The notes under the pieces: model-generated
Databases searched by the model: none
What the model saw: the letters and a program-made list of their open reading frames with translations, nothing else
Told to the model about the DNA's origin: nothing
Shown here: positions 20,443-31,000 of the stretch, in pieces
Numbering within the stretch: the stretch's first letter is position 1
Layout of the letters: each line of letters begins with the position of its first letter
Source of the DNA: Candidatus Omnitrophota bacterium
GTDB lineage: Bacteria > Omnitrophota > Omnitrophia > Omnitrophales > Aquincolibacteriaceae
Length of the DNA: 64,000 nt
Direction: 5' to 3'
NCBI GenBank assembly: GCA_903884815.1
Contig: CAISGE010000004.1
Span: forward strand, 5,136 to 69,135
Made by a program: the position numbers and the translations under genes

Positions 20443-21054
20443 TCAATCCGGCGCTCGGCCATTTTGTCCCGCTCTTTTTTCCGCGTACGGGTTCCGGTAA
20501 TCCCAGGTCAGGCCCAAATCGCCCGGATTCTTGACATAGAACGTATCGATCCACTTCCGGATCTCCCGCAAATACACCACCGGTGGCGTGCTCGCACCGC
20601 CGTTGAAGTCCCCCAAGACAACCGCGGGAAGATTGACGGATTTCTGATTCACGAACGCTTCAAGTTCCAGTGTCTGTTTCATGCGAAACTCGTTCTCGTC
20701 GGCCCGCCAGGAAAGATGCGTGTTGAAAAGCGCAACATCCTGAGTTCCCGTATCAACGCGGAGATAAAAGGCGTAACGAAGGTAATCCTCGGAAGGCGAC
20801 CGGGTCTTCATGACAAGACATTCCTGCTCGACTGGTTTGAACTTGGAAAGGAAAACAAGTCCGGAATGTTCCCCGCTCACAGCCAAATAGGGATACCCGC
20901 TGCGCTCCCGGGCCTCTTCCGCCCATTCCATGTTGAATACTTCCTGAAGTCCGACAATGTCCGCCTGATATTCCTTAAGGCCCCGGAAGATCAGCTCCCA
21001 CCGCTCGCGCCACGGCCCGCGCTCTTGCCAGGTATTTAACGTGAGTATCTTCAT
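20443..21054 (-). CDS. endonuclease/exonuclease/phosphatase (EEP) family protein
   Basis: MKILTLNTWQ..., ADIVGLQEV and a C-terminal GDFN, all EEP hallmarks. Confidence 0.75.
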   Translation of the reverse strand: MKILTLNTWQERGPWRERWELIFRGLKEYQADIVGLQEVFNMEWAEEARERSGYPYLAVSGEHSGLVFLSKFKPVEQECLVMKTRSPSEDYLRYAFYLRVDTGTQDVALFNTHLSWRADENEFRMKQTLELEAFVNQKSVNLPAVVLGDFNGGASTPPVVYLREIRKWIDTFYVKNPGDLGLTWDYRNPYAEKRAGQNGRAPD

Positions 21055-21126
21055 GCTCGGCTTGCCTCGCACAAAAAGTTAGGCGTCGTGAGTTCAGAGT
21101 TCGGTGAACTGCTTACGCGATTTTTT

Positions 21127-21948
21127 CTACTCATGGCTCTGAACTCCAGGCTCATGACTGCGGCTGTGGCGCAGCCGCTCCAGCCGCCCGATCATCTCAT
21201 GCCGGATCTTTTCTTTCGCTTCGTCCATGGAGGCATCCGCGAAATCATCGAGCGACACGGGTCTACCGATCGAAACGACGAACGTACTCCGCTTTCTGAT
21301 AAACCAGGACTTTTTGGGGAGTGCCTGCCCCGTCCCATCGATAACAATCGGAAGGATCTCCACTTTATTGTCCCGCGCCAATTTGAAGGCTCCCATCTTG
21401 TAGGCATGAATCTTCCCGTCCGGGCTGCGCGTCCCCTCGGGAAAAAGGAGCACACTGACATTTCGCTGAAGAACTAGTTTGATCCGCCTTGCCGCTTCGC
21501 GGCCGCTCTTATGGCTCGCCCGATCGACCGGCACATAACCCGCGGAAGCCATGGCCCAGCCCATAAAGGGGATCTGGAAGAGTTCCCGCTTGGCCAGGAA
21601 TTTAAAATTCAGCGGGAGCGCCGCGCAAACGGCCAGGATGTCCAGCATGCTCTGGTGGTTCGCGACGACGATATAGTGTTTCCCTTTCTGGAGATGCTCT
21701 TTCCCTGTCACTTCAAGCTTCCAGATGGAGCTCAAGGCAATGATCGTCCGGGACCAACGGATAGAGTTTTGGTGAACGATCCTCCGCGTCCCCGGGTCAA
21801 AGAGAAGGGATAAGGGGAAAAAGATCAGAAGGTCTGTGATCGCCGCAAGAAAAGTCAAGACGATTGTCACCCCCCAAAGAACACAGGAGTAAAAGAGGCT
21901 TTCCCAAAATCCGAATGGCTTTTCTCGGGCGGTTTTCATAAGCCGCAT
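21127..21948 (-). CDS. plsC: 1-acyl-sn-glycerol-3-phosphate acyltransferase
   Basis: VVANHQSMLDI (HxxxxD box) and FPEGTRS box. N-terminal TM. Confidence 0.85.
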   Translation of the reverse strand: MRLMKTAREKPFGFWESLFYSCVLWGVTIVLTFLAAITDLLIFFPLSLLFDPGTRRIVHQNSIRWSRTIIALSSIWKLEVTGKEHLQKGKHYIVVANHQSMLDILAVCAALPLNFKFLAKRELFQIPFMGWAMASAGYVPVDRASHKSGREAARRIKLVLQRNVSVLLFPEGTRSPDGKIHAYKMGAFKLARDNKVEILPIVIDGTGQALPKKSWFIRKRSTFVVSIGRPVSLDDFADASMDEAKEKIRHEMIGRLERLRHSRSHEPGVQSHE

Positions 21949-22044
21949 TTTAGCGGCAGGTGCGCCAAATAGAAACAGCTTTTTACCCCCATCTCGCAGG
22001 TTCCCGGTATCAGAGTTGGTTTGCGAAAACGCTTCAACAATTGG

Positions 22045-25000
22045 CTAGGCGGCCTGAAGTACCTGAAGGAACGCGTGGATCGCGTCCCCGATCTGGTTCA
22101 AACGGCTCTGCAAGCTTTCGTCGGTAGCGGTAATACGTTTTCCGGGCTCAAACCCCATTTCCATGATCGTCAATTCGCTGAGTTCTTTGCCGGGGACAAG
22201 CGCCTGAGACAAGCCCACGGCTCCCAATCGAGACGCCATACGAAGGTCAGCATTCGTCGCATCATAAGCCTCCTCCACCACGACGCCTTTGGCTGTATTC
22301 AAATTATCCGTCAGCTTTCGCATGATGGCGCGTGCGCCCAACAAGACATAACTGCCCCCGCTGGCATCCGTGTTTAATTTATCGTTCAGCTTTTGCGTGG
22401 TCGTCAGGAAGACGGAAAATCTCTTTTCAACATCCTTCCTGAGCATCCCGCGCTTTTCAGCCGCCGCGATAACCCTGTTCTTCAAAGCCCGAACCTGGGC
22501 CGGCGAGGGACCTTGTTTGCCAAGATCGGTGACCACCGGCAACTTGTAACGCATCTCCGGATTCGGGTTTAACATAAAGATCGCAACGATCGTTCCCACC
22601 CACGCATCCAGTTCCTTTTCGTCCGTAGGCAACGCGTCCACCAATTCAAAGACCCGACCGGCCCCCTGGCCCGCCAGGTGGCTGAAAGCCTTAGGATTGG
22701 ATCTTTTGAAAGCGCTCACGATATCAGGCGCCTCTTCCCCACCTGCGGCAGCAAGCAATGACTCCAGCTTTCGGGCGGCTTCTTCTGGCGAATCCTGACT
22801 CAACGCCATGATCCCGCCCACCAGGAACGCCACCAACACGATGGCCTCCGGCATCTTCGCGTCCACACTCAGAGCCGCACGGACCTCGCTCATTTTTTTC
22901 TTCCCCAACAGCGCCCGCAGCTCGGGCGGCAAGGCCTTCAAGATATTCGCTCCGGCATCCACGGTCTTAGTACCGCGAGCCTCAGGTTCTTTCTGATATT
23001 GCTCCGCAAAACCCGTCACCTTCAGGGCCGCCGCGATCGCCTTCACCGTAGGCCTCGCCTCCGACCGCATCTCCCCTTCTTTTGCCTCTGTCCGGACTGC
23101 GGGAGCCGTTGGGGATTGCCCCATGACCGGCAGCACGGCCGCCTCCACCGCCGCACCCCTCGCTTGGTCAAGAGCCGCTTCCATAGCATCAACCGCGTTA
23201 GCTACAGAAGACTCCTCCCTCGCCGCACGGAAGCTTCCAGCAACCAGGGCTTTGGCATCCGCGCTGGGATTCTGGGTCAATTCCTTGACCATTTTCGAAA
23301 CCGCCAGAGACGCAATGCCGAGTCCCACATTCGCGTATTCTTTTCCAGTTTCTGCCTTAAGAAACTCACAAACCGCCTGACCCGCCTCCAGGGTCATTTC
23401 AAACCTTTCCGGCTGTTCCAGCGCCTCTATGGCGAATGTGAGCGCCACAACATAAACACTATCAGGATCATAGATCCTTCTGGCGAAATCGTTAATGAAA
23501 CCGTTCAATCTCTCAAGCCTCTCCTTCCCCAACCCAAGAGCGTCCGCATTGCCGCTACGCAGATACCGCTCAATGGCGTTTTCCCCTCCTGGGATATGAG
23601 CAGTCAGGGCTGAAAGAAAGCGCCTTTCACGAGGGTGAGTTTGCGTCCCATCCTGCGCTTTCCATTCAGCATACTCGGCAGATTTGAGAGGATCCGTCTT
23701 TTCGATCTTTTCACCTATTTCGGCCGTTTTTTGGATAGCCTCCCCGCTGACCCTGGCCTCCTCCACGACAAGAGAAAGAGACCGCTGGTTCTCCGGAATT
23801 TCCGACGTCCTCGCGGAACGATAATCTTTGTGGGTCAATTCGTGGATCACCGTTTCCAGATCCTCGAACTGATGGAACTTCGTCCGGACCAGGATCACAC
23901 TCTTGCCTCCCCCAAGATCGATATGCGAGCCTTCATGCGTCGCATCCGAATACAGGGAGTGAGATAGTTCTGAATCATCCGCGACAAAAATAATCTCGTC
24001 GGCATCCACCGAAATACCGGCATCAGCCAGCAGAGCAAATATTTTCTTGGAATGTTCCTGAACAAGGCTCCCCCAACGCCCGTTTTTTACGATATCGCGT
24101 ATCACTTCACGAACGGAAGCCGCGTTATTTTCCGACAAACCTTTCATCACCATTCCGGCACTCCCTTGAGTAGAACGCTCATCCTCCAGGGCCTGTTCAT
24201 AACTGCGGACCGCCCCTTCCAAACGTGCCAAGGCGGCCCCGGGTAGCGCAGCCTCAGCCTCCTGCCCAGAGTTCGACCCAACGATATCCCTGAGGACACT
24301 CAACAAACCCTCTGTCGCCCTCGATGAATCGGCCTCTCGCCGGCTTAGATTCGTCGCAAAGATCTTCCAAAAAACTTCTCTGTCGATATTCTCTCTCTCC
24401 GGCAGAGCCGCGTTTCTTTCCAATAGCTCCGAAACAGAAGGCCGCTCCAAACGCGCCCGGATCGCTCCCATATCCGGCGAATACAGGGCCACCGATCCCG
24501 GCGACATATGCAAAACCGAATCCTCCCAAGCGTTCGTGACAACCGCCTCGCTTGGCCGCTCTCCCGTTAATATTGCTAGCGCGGCGGCCGACTGCGATTG
24601 AATAGGAGTAGAATCCTTCTTCGCCCCCGCTTTTTGCTGATTCACCCAACGGATCAAAAGTGCAACATGAGACAGGCCCATCTTTAAGCTGCGGATGTAA
24701 TTGCTGATGATCCTGATACACTCATCCCGGTGATTTACAAAAAAATCGAGCGCTTCCTTTTGAGAAAGAGACAAGTCTCTCCATTGAGAAGATTTCTCAT
24801 GAAGTACGGCATCGATCGCTTTTCCAATATTGAGGTCCCGCGCATTCCATTCCTCGAGGTCGGTCGCGACATTGAGCTTGGCAGGGTCCACATCCCGGAG
24901 CCTAAACGCCATATCCAGAAGAAAGCGATCCGCCATGGCTGAGATCATTGTCTTTGTGAAGGTAGACAATCTCACTTCAGAACGATCCGACACGCTGCTG

Positions 25001-28000
25001 GACCGCACCTCCGCCACCGGCTTCGCTCCCGCCCGCAGATCGCCGCGGGTACTCACTGGCGAAATAACCGGCATTGTGGACGTCTGTCCGACTACCCCAG
25101 CCAGCAACTCCCGCGTCTCGGAGCGGTCGGGCTCGTTGGGAATCCCGAGAAATGTTGCGCTTTCATCAAACGCAGACTGAACCTGATCAAATGGAATTTT
25201 TAGAAAGCCGGCCAGCTTCTCCATTTTTTCGGCATCGAATCCGGGCCGGAGGGACATCAGCCGGATCAATTCCCACTTCGAACTTGGGGTAAGAAATTCA
25301 AGAGGAATGGCTTTGCATTTTTCCTTTTCAAAGATCAGATCGCGAGATGCCACACCATACCGCCGGAAGCCGCGCTCGCTCGTTTGCTTCTCCGGGTCGA
25401 TTTTGACGCTTTCAAAATCCTTGATATACAGCTTTGCCGTTTCCATATCTGGAAAATTAAAGATCAGCAGGCCTTCTTCCTGCCAGGAAAGCGCTTCCTC
25501 GATCGCAATCGTAACCATCCCGCGGCTCATTTCTCCGGTTGCCGCCAGATCCCCCAGCGGATCACGATCGTATTTTTTCACGCCATGAAACCAGATCCTT
25601 TTAAGTCTCGCGTCGCTGAACTCATATCCCGTCTTCACTCGGCTGATATCGCCATTTTTGAGCCCCGCTTCCAATTCGCTCGGCAAAAGAGGGACACCAT
25701 CAACATTCACCAATGCAGCTCCGTCTTTCATCTTCAGGTCGGGATAAGTTCTCGTCTCGGAACGGATTTGATCGGTGGTTTCAAGCGTGCGGCGTTCTTG
25801 CCGCTTACCCTCGGCGGGTTGGACGGGCGCCTCATGACCTGCGCCCTCTGGCGTAACACCAGACTTTTCCACGAACTTCTTCGTCTCAGCCTTGATCGTT
25901 TCTGTCATCACTTTCGCCACATCCGCACCTCTCCCGATAAAATTTGGCGACAAGGCCGCATCCACGAGCGTCGGAACGACATCCTTCTCGGCGAAAGCTT
26001 TAAATACCCTCTCCACCTCTGCTTTCAACCCCGCCGCATTAAACGGATCTTTTCCGTCTTTGTTCTTCATGGAAAAACCGTCCATATCGAAATCAAGGAT
26101 CAAGGGTTTTCCAGGATCGGCTTGCGGCAATTCTTTCAAGTACACAATGTGAACTTTGATCGGCCTGAGGTGGCTCAGCGTATATTTCTCTAAGATTCCT
26201 GGATAGCGCTTCCCCGGATCCTCCTCCGGATGCATATAGACCTGCTTATCGCTGGGATCGGTTTTTGACGTAAGAAGCCCAACATAATAGGTACCCCCTT
26301 TCAACACAGCGGGAGCAGCTCCGGGATACTCCGGAAGGATCCAATATATCTCGCTGATCATATGCTGAAGTACCGCAGGAGCGATAAACCCCTCGATGCT
26401 AAAGCTTGGCTTGGACATATCCGGCTTATCCGGATCCTTCACATTTTCAAGGTCCCCCAGATCAAAGTGAGAGTCCCAGTGATAAAGCACCGCTTCGTGA
26501 ATCCCAGCTGCCGCCCATGCAAGGTAAGCGCTATTATGATTCTGCATCATATACACGGGAGCTTTCCCCATATACCCCGTCAGGTGGATACCATCTTTTT
26601 CATGTTTTGTGACGCTGGGAACATAATCTGGCTCGAGTTGTTGGCCATGCAGTGAAATGGAGGCCGCTAACGATAATCCCGCAAGCCCCGCTCGCCGGAG
26701 CAACGCTTTCCGCACCTCGGAGCGATCGGTAGCCGCGGTGGAGTTATTTGACCGGGACTCGGAACGGCCTCCGGGCGCAACAAAATCGTGAAAATATCTA
26801 TCTTTCGGCTCGTTAAAAAAGAATCCCGATCGGGCGGCAAACAGATAGTGACGTTTTACAAAATCCTTGAGCGCCGCGGAAGCATTATCATCTCCTTGTA
26901 TTTCCCCGAAGAATTCCTCGCCGTTGTCTTCTTCATGGACCCTCATGACAACATCCATGAACTCATCGGCGGAAAGGCTCCAATTTTTCTCGTTTATAGG
27001 TTTTAGCTCAGAATTTTGCGGCAGCCTCGCTGTTGACCTGCTCGGCCCGCTCCCCAACATCTGTCCTCCGGCAACAAAGGGTGTTCTACGAGGTATGCCA
27101 TCGAGCTGTCCCCCTCCTACAGGAGTAAACGACTCCATGATCTCCCAGGCCGCCCGCGCCACGGGAAGATCGCCGTTATCGGCAAGCCGGAGCACCAATT
27201 CGTTATCCACAACCCGCATCACGACATTACTCCTCCGTGGATTTCCGTACATCCTGCCGGTCCCTTTAAACGAGCTGATCATGAAGGCAATAGCACGCGC
27301 ATCTAGATATTTCAGTAGTCCGGATAATTCTTCCCTCAAGCGGGATCGCTGGTCCAACATTCCATCATCGATCTGAGGGCCGCCATTGAGAGACAAGAGT
27401 CCCATCGCCCTCAGACCATCCATGTGCTCCATCAACGCATCCTCGGATAAAGCCTCAATGTCCGTTCCATCCCACTTTGACCGGGTTAATTCTTCGAGGA
27501 TCTTCACAGGCTCATCCATAGGGATATCGCGCTCAAGCATCTTCACGGCGGGCCTCTCCTTTTTAGCAGGAACCGGCGGTAACACAACCGGCTGCTCCGA
27601 TGTTCCCACGAGAGGTCCTGGCTGATCGATCCCGGCATGAGACGCAAATGATTCCGACAATGCTTGGGCTCGATCTGCGGGTTGCAGGGATAATTCGTCG
27701 AGAAAATCCACTAAGTGGAATCCCAATGGGGGATGCCCTGCGTTATCCGCCATATAGCTGTCTCTATAACGCACGGCATATTGATTCATGAGGTTTTCAT
27801 GATGCTGCCCCGTAAAAAACAAGGCCAACTCACTTTTGATCCTGTCCGGCGATTTCAATATCCCGTAATCCACAAGAGCCATAATAAAATCAAACCGCTC
27901 CTGCGGGGACATCGAAAGCCCCCTATAACCCGGAAACCATCCTTCCATATATTCCCGCATGTCTTCATTCTGGGTGAGAGTCCCCGTCGTGACGCCGTCG

Positions 28001-31000
28001 CCCGCCGAAGCCTTGTTCAGCGCAACAAGGCTTCGCGCCAGAACACCCCGTTGCTGCATGAGGCCGTCTGACGCCCTGCAGCTTTTATCAACTTCCAGTA
28101 AGAGCGCGATCCTGGAGGGCAGTCCTTGCGTCTTATCTTCCCTCATGAGTAGATCGACCACAGCCTGAAAGATCTCGGGATCCGAAGCACCTTCTTTGAG
28201 AAATTGCGTAAGACGCTCATCGCGCAGCGGATTCCCTTCGCGCTGAGTTTCAACCCAAAACCTGAGTTTGCGTATACCCTCCCGCCGCACATCCGCCTCT
28301 GCCGATCGCAGCTCATGAAGAATATTCCCCATAAGATCAAATCCCAACGGATTTTTCTGTTGAGGGATGGGCGGAAACATATCCTCCCGTGACTGGCCGG
28401 GGTTGGCGGCATCCATGACCTTACGGACCTTCTCCGCATGCGCCGAGTTCCCCCGATCATCATTAAATCTCTTATTCGTATCATTAAACAAAGCCTCATC
28501 CGCACGGATCAATGCCAACGCCTGATTCGCCACATAAGAAGCTCTTGCAAGACCCTTCCGAACTTCCTCGCTTGGATGAGCGCCATATTGGTCCGCGCTG
28601 AGCTTCATAAAACGTTCGATATGTTTTTTAATTTCAAGCAAGGAGTGAAAGTTCTTAAGGTCCGGATCATAATAATCGTGAAGGGCTCGAAGCGCCCCGA
28701 TCTCACCTTTCAGATAATAATTAAAAACGCGGTGAACGAGCTCTTCGAGCTTTTCGAGCGGCATGGCGGCGGGAGAATCGTAGAGGATATGATGTTCCCG
28801 CGCAAAGTTCGCGAACGCCCGCTGATTATTAAGGTCTTCCCCGTCAAGGTCGTACCAGCCACCGCGGGGGGCTTTATACGTTTCGAAGCCATCGTCCTTA
28901 GCATCCGCACCAGCCGCCTTTATCTTCGGAGCAAAATCCATCGGCATCACACCTTTATCAAGAAGTGTGGCTGCCACCGCGTCGCTCACGGTTTGAGTCG
29001 GATCCTCCGAAAGCCTCCGCACCTCGATCCCGCTCGATGCGGGAAGAGCGGCCTCCGGCAGGAAAGTTTCGTTACCGAGGATCACGGATCCGGGAGGAAG
29101 CTTCAATGAACCGATGATTACCGTATCCATCGGATCGATCACGGCCAATTGGTCTAAAACAGCCGCTAGAGGAATCAAAACGACATATTTCGCACGGTAA
29201 AAAGGTGAGCGCTCGGGAAGAAGGGAACTTGTCACTGTTGAATTAAGACTGAAATGCAACGTCTCCCAGGCATGTGGCTGCAGAAAGTCCCCGTTGGGAG
29301 TCAGGACCTCTTCGGAAAAGAAACTTCTGGGATGGATAAATCCATCTTCTTCCGGATTTGCATCCGTCATGTGTACGAGATAGATCTGGGCGATATTCAG
29401 GGTTTCTCCGTCCCTTGAAATAGGAAACCCCTTTTCTTTCAGACTCGCCTTGGCGCGCTTCCACTTTTCCATAACAGCGCGAGACCACCCATGACTGAAC
29501 CGATTAGCGCCCTTGGACCGTGTCGAAGGCGCGCGTGCGGGCTTGGATGGGGCGGGCTTTGCGACAAAAGAGGAAGATGCCTCCGCAGGCATGCCCTTCC
29601 TGCGCCCATTCGTCACCAGTTTTTTCAGCTCTTCATAATCAGGTGATTTGAAATTCATCTGCTCGTCGAACGCGTGCTCCCGCAGCCCGGCGTAACTCCC
29701 CGCGTCAACCCTGTAGAACTCGGTCAGGATTTGAAAGAACTGCGCGATCGGAAGCTGCGCTTCCCTGGCAGCGGTCCTGACCTCCACAAAAGCATCCTCC
29801 AAGGCTTGGGCAATTTCAGCATCATCCCCCCGGATTCTGGCAGAATACGTCCGTTCAAGCATCCTTCCCAGAGGATCAAATGCGATGAGTGCGTTAGCAA
29901 GTTTCCGTTCTTCGGGAGTAAATTCAAAGAGATCATAGAGCTTGTTGTCTTGGATCAGCTGGAGCGACCTTTTATGCTGGAGGCTCTTATCTCCATCATC
30001 CTCCACCGCCGTCGGCTTCCCGACGTCGTGAATAGCAATCAATAAGCGGTAAAATCGCGGTGAAAAGTTATTGGGGAAGAACTCTTTTCGTTGCTCGAAT
30101 TCGTGAAGCACCTGGGCATCATGCTTTCGCAAACTCAGTTTCTGCACGACTCCTACGCTTCTCGGAAATTCATTTCGCAGCACCGGAACGCTTCGTGCCA
30201 AATATTCAAGAAATCGATCAATGCTGTCGCCATCCATCTTTGCCGAATTCGCCAAGTTCAAAGCATCTCTGACCCGCGTCTCAGAACGGCCGGCACCCGG
30301 CTCGGCGGGGCGAACTTCTGCGGCATTGGGCGGATTCAAGGATGGCCCCCGGCCCACCAAAAGCTCTCCGATCTTTAACAGTCCTGCAAAAAAGGCCGAC
30401 TTCAAGAATCTATTCACTTTTGCGCGGGCTGTGGTCAATCTCCCGGGCTGATCCCACTTGAAGATCAACTTTGCCGCGTCAAAAAGGAAGAAGATCGCAA
30501 CAGCAGTCATCCCACCCAAAAGGAAGAACGCGCCAGCATATTTGAGGGCCAGCGCAAAGCCCGCAAGGGTCCGCTCCTCCTTGGTAACGCCGCCCTTGAT
30601 CACCTGCTCAAACCAGGGCGTCTGCCAGGGTAACTCCAGCACATCCCAGAGCAACAAATAAGCGATGATCGCGACTTGACCGAGAGGCGAGGTCTCGACA
30701 GGGGCCTGACGCAGGACAGACGCGATAAGCTTCGCCACGTAAGGAAACGTGCTCAGATAAACGACCAGGTATTCAACCGCATAAAGAAATCCGGGATGCT
30801 TTAAAATCTCTCGAGCCCTCATCGACGCGATGTATCTCACTACCTGGATCATAATCAGTCCGGGAAGAAGTACTCTTTGAAATTGCTTCCAAAGGTTCGC
30901 CGGTGAAACCCATCGTGAACCAGACCGACTCAAACCAGCCTCCGCCGGCGTGGCGGAAGTTTCAGCTCCCTCTGTTTCGGGAGAGGAGGCGACCGAAGCC

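Noticed and set aside
26000-26500. Possible deacetylase/arginase-like metal site (IHEAVLYHWDSHFDLGD) in the giant protein
   Set aside because: It resembles DxHxD-type motifs only loosely. I cannot assign a family without a profile search.
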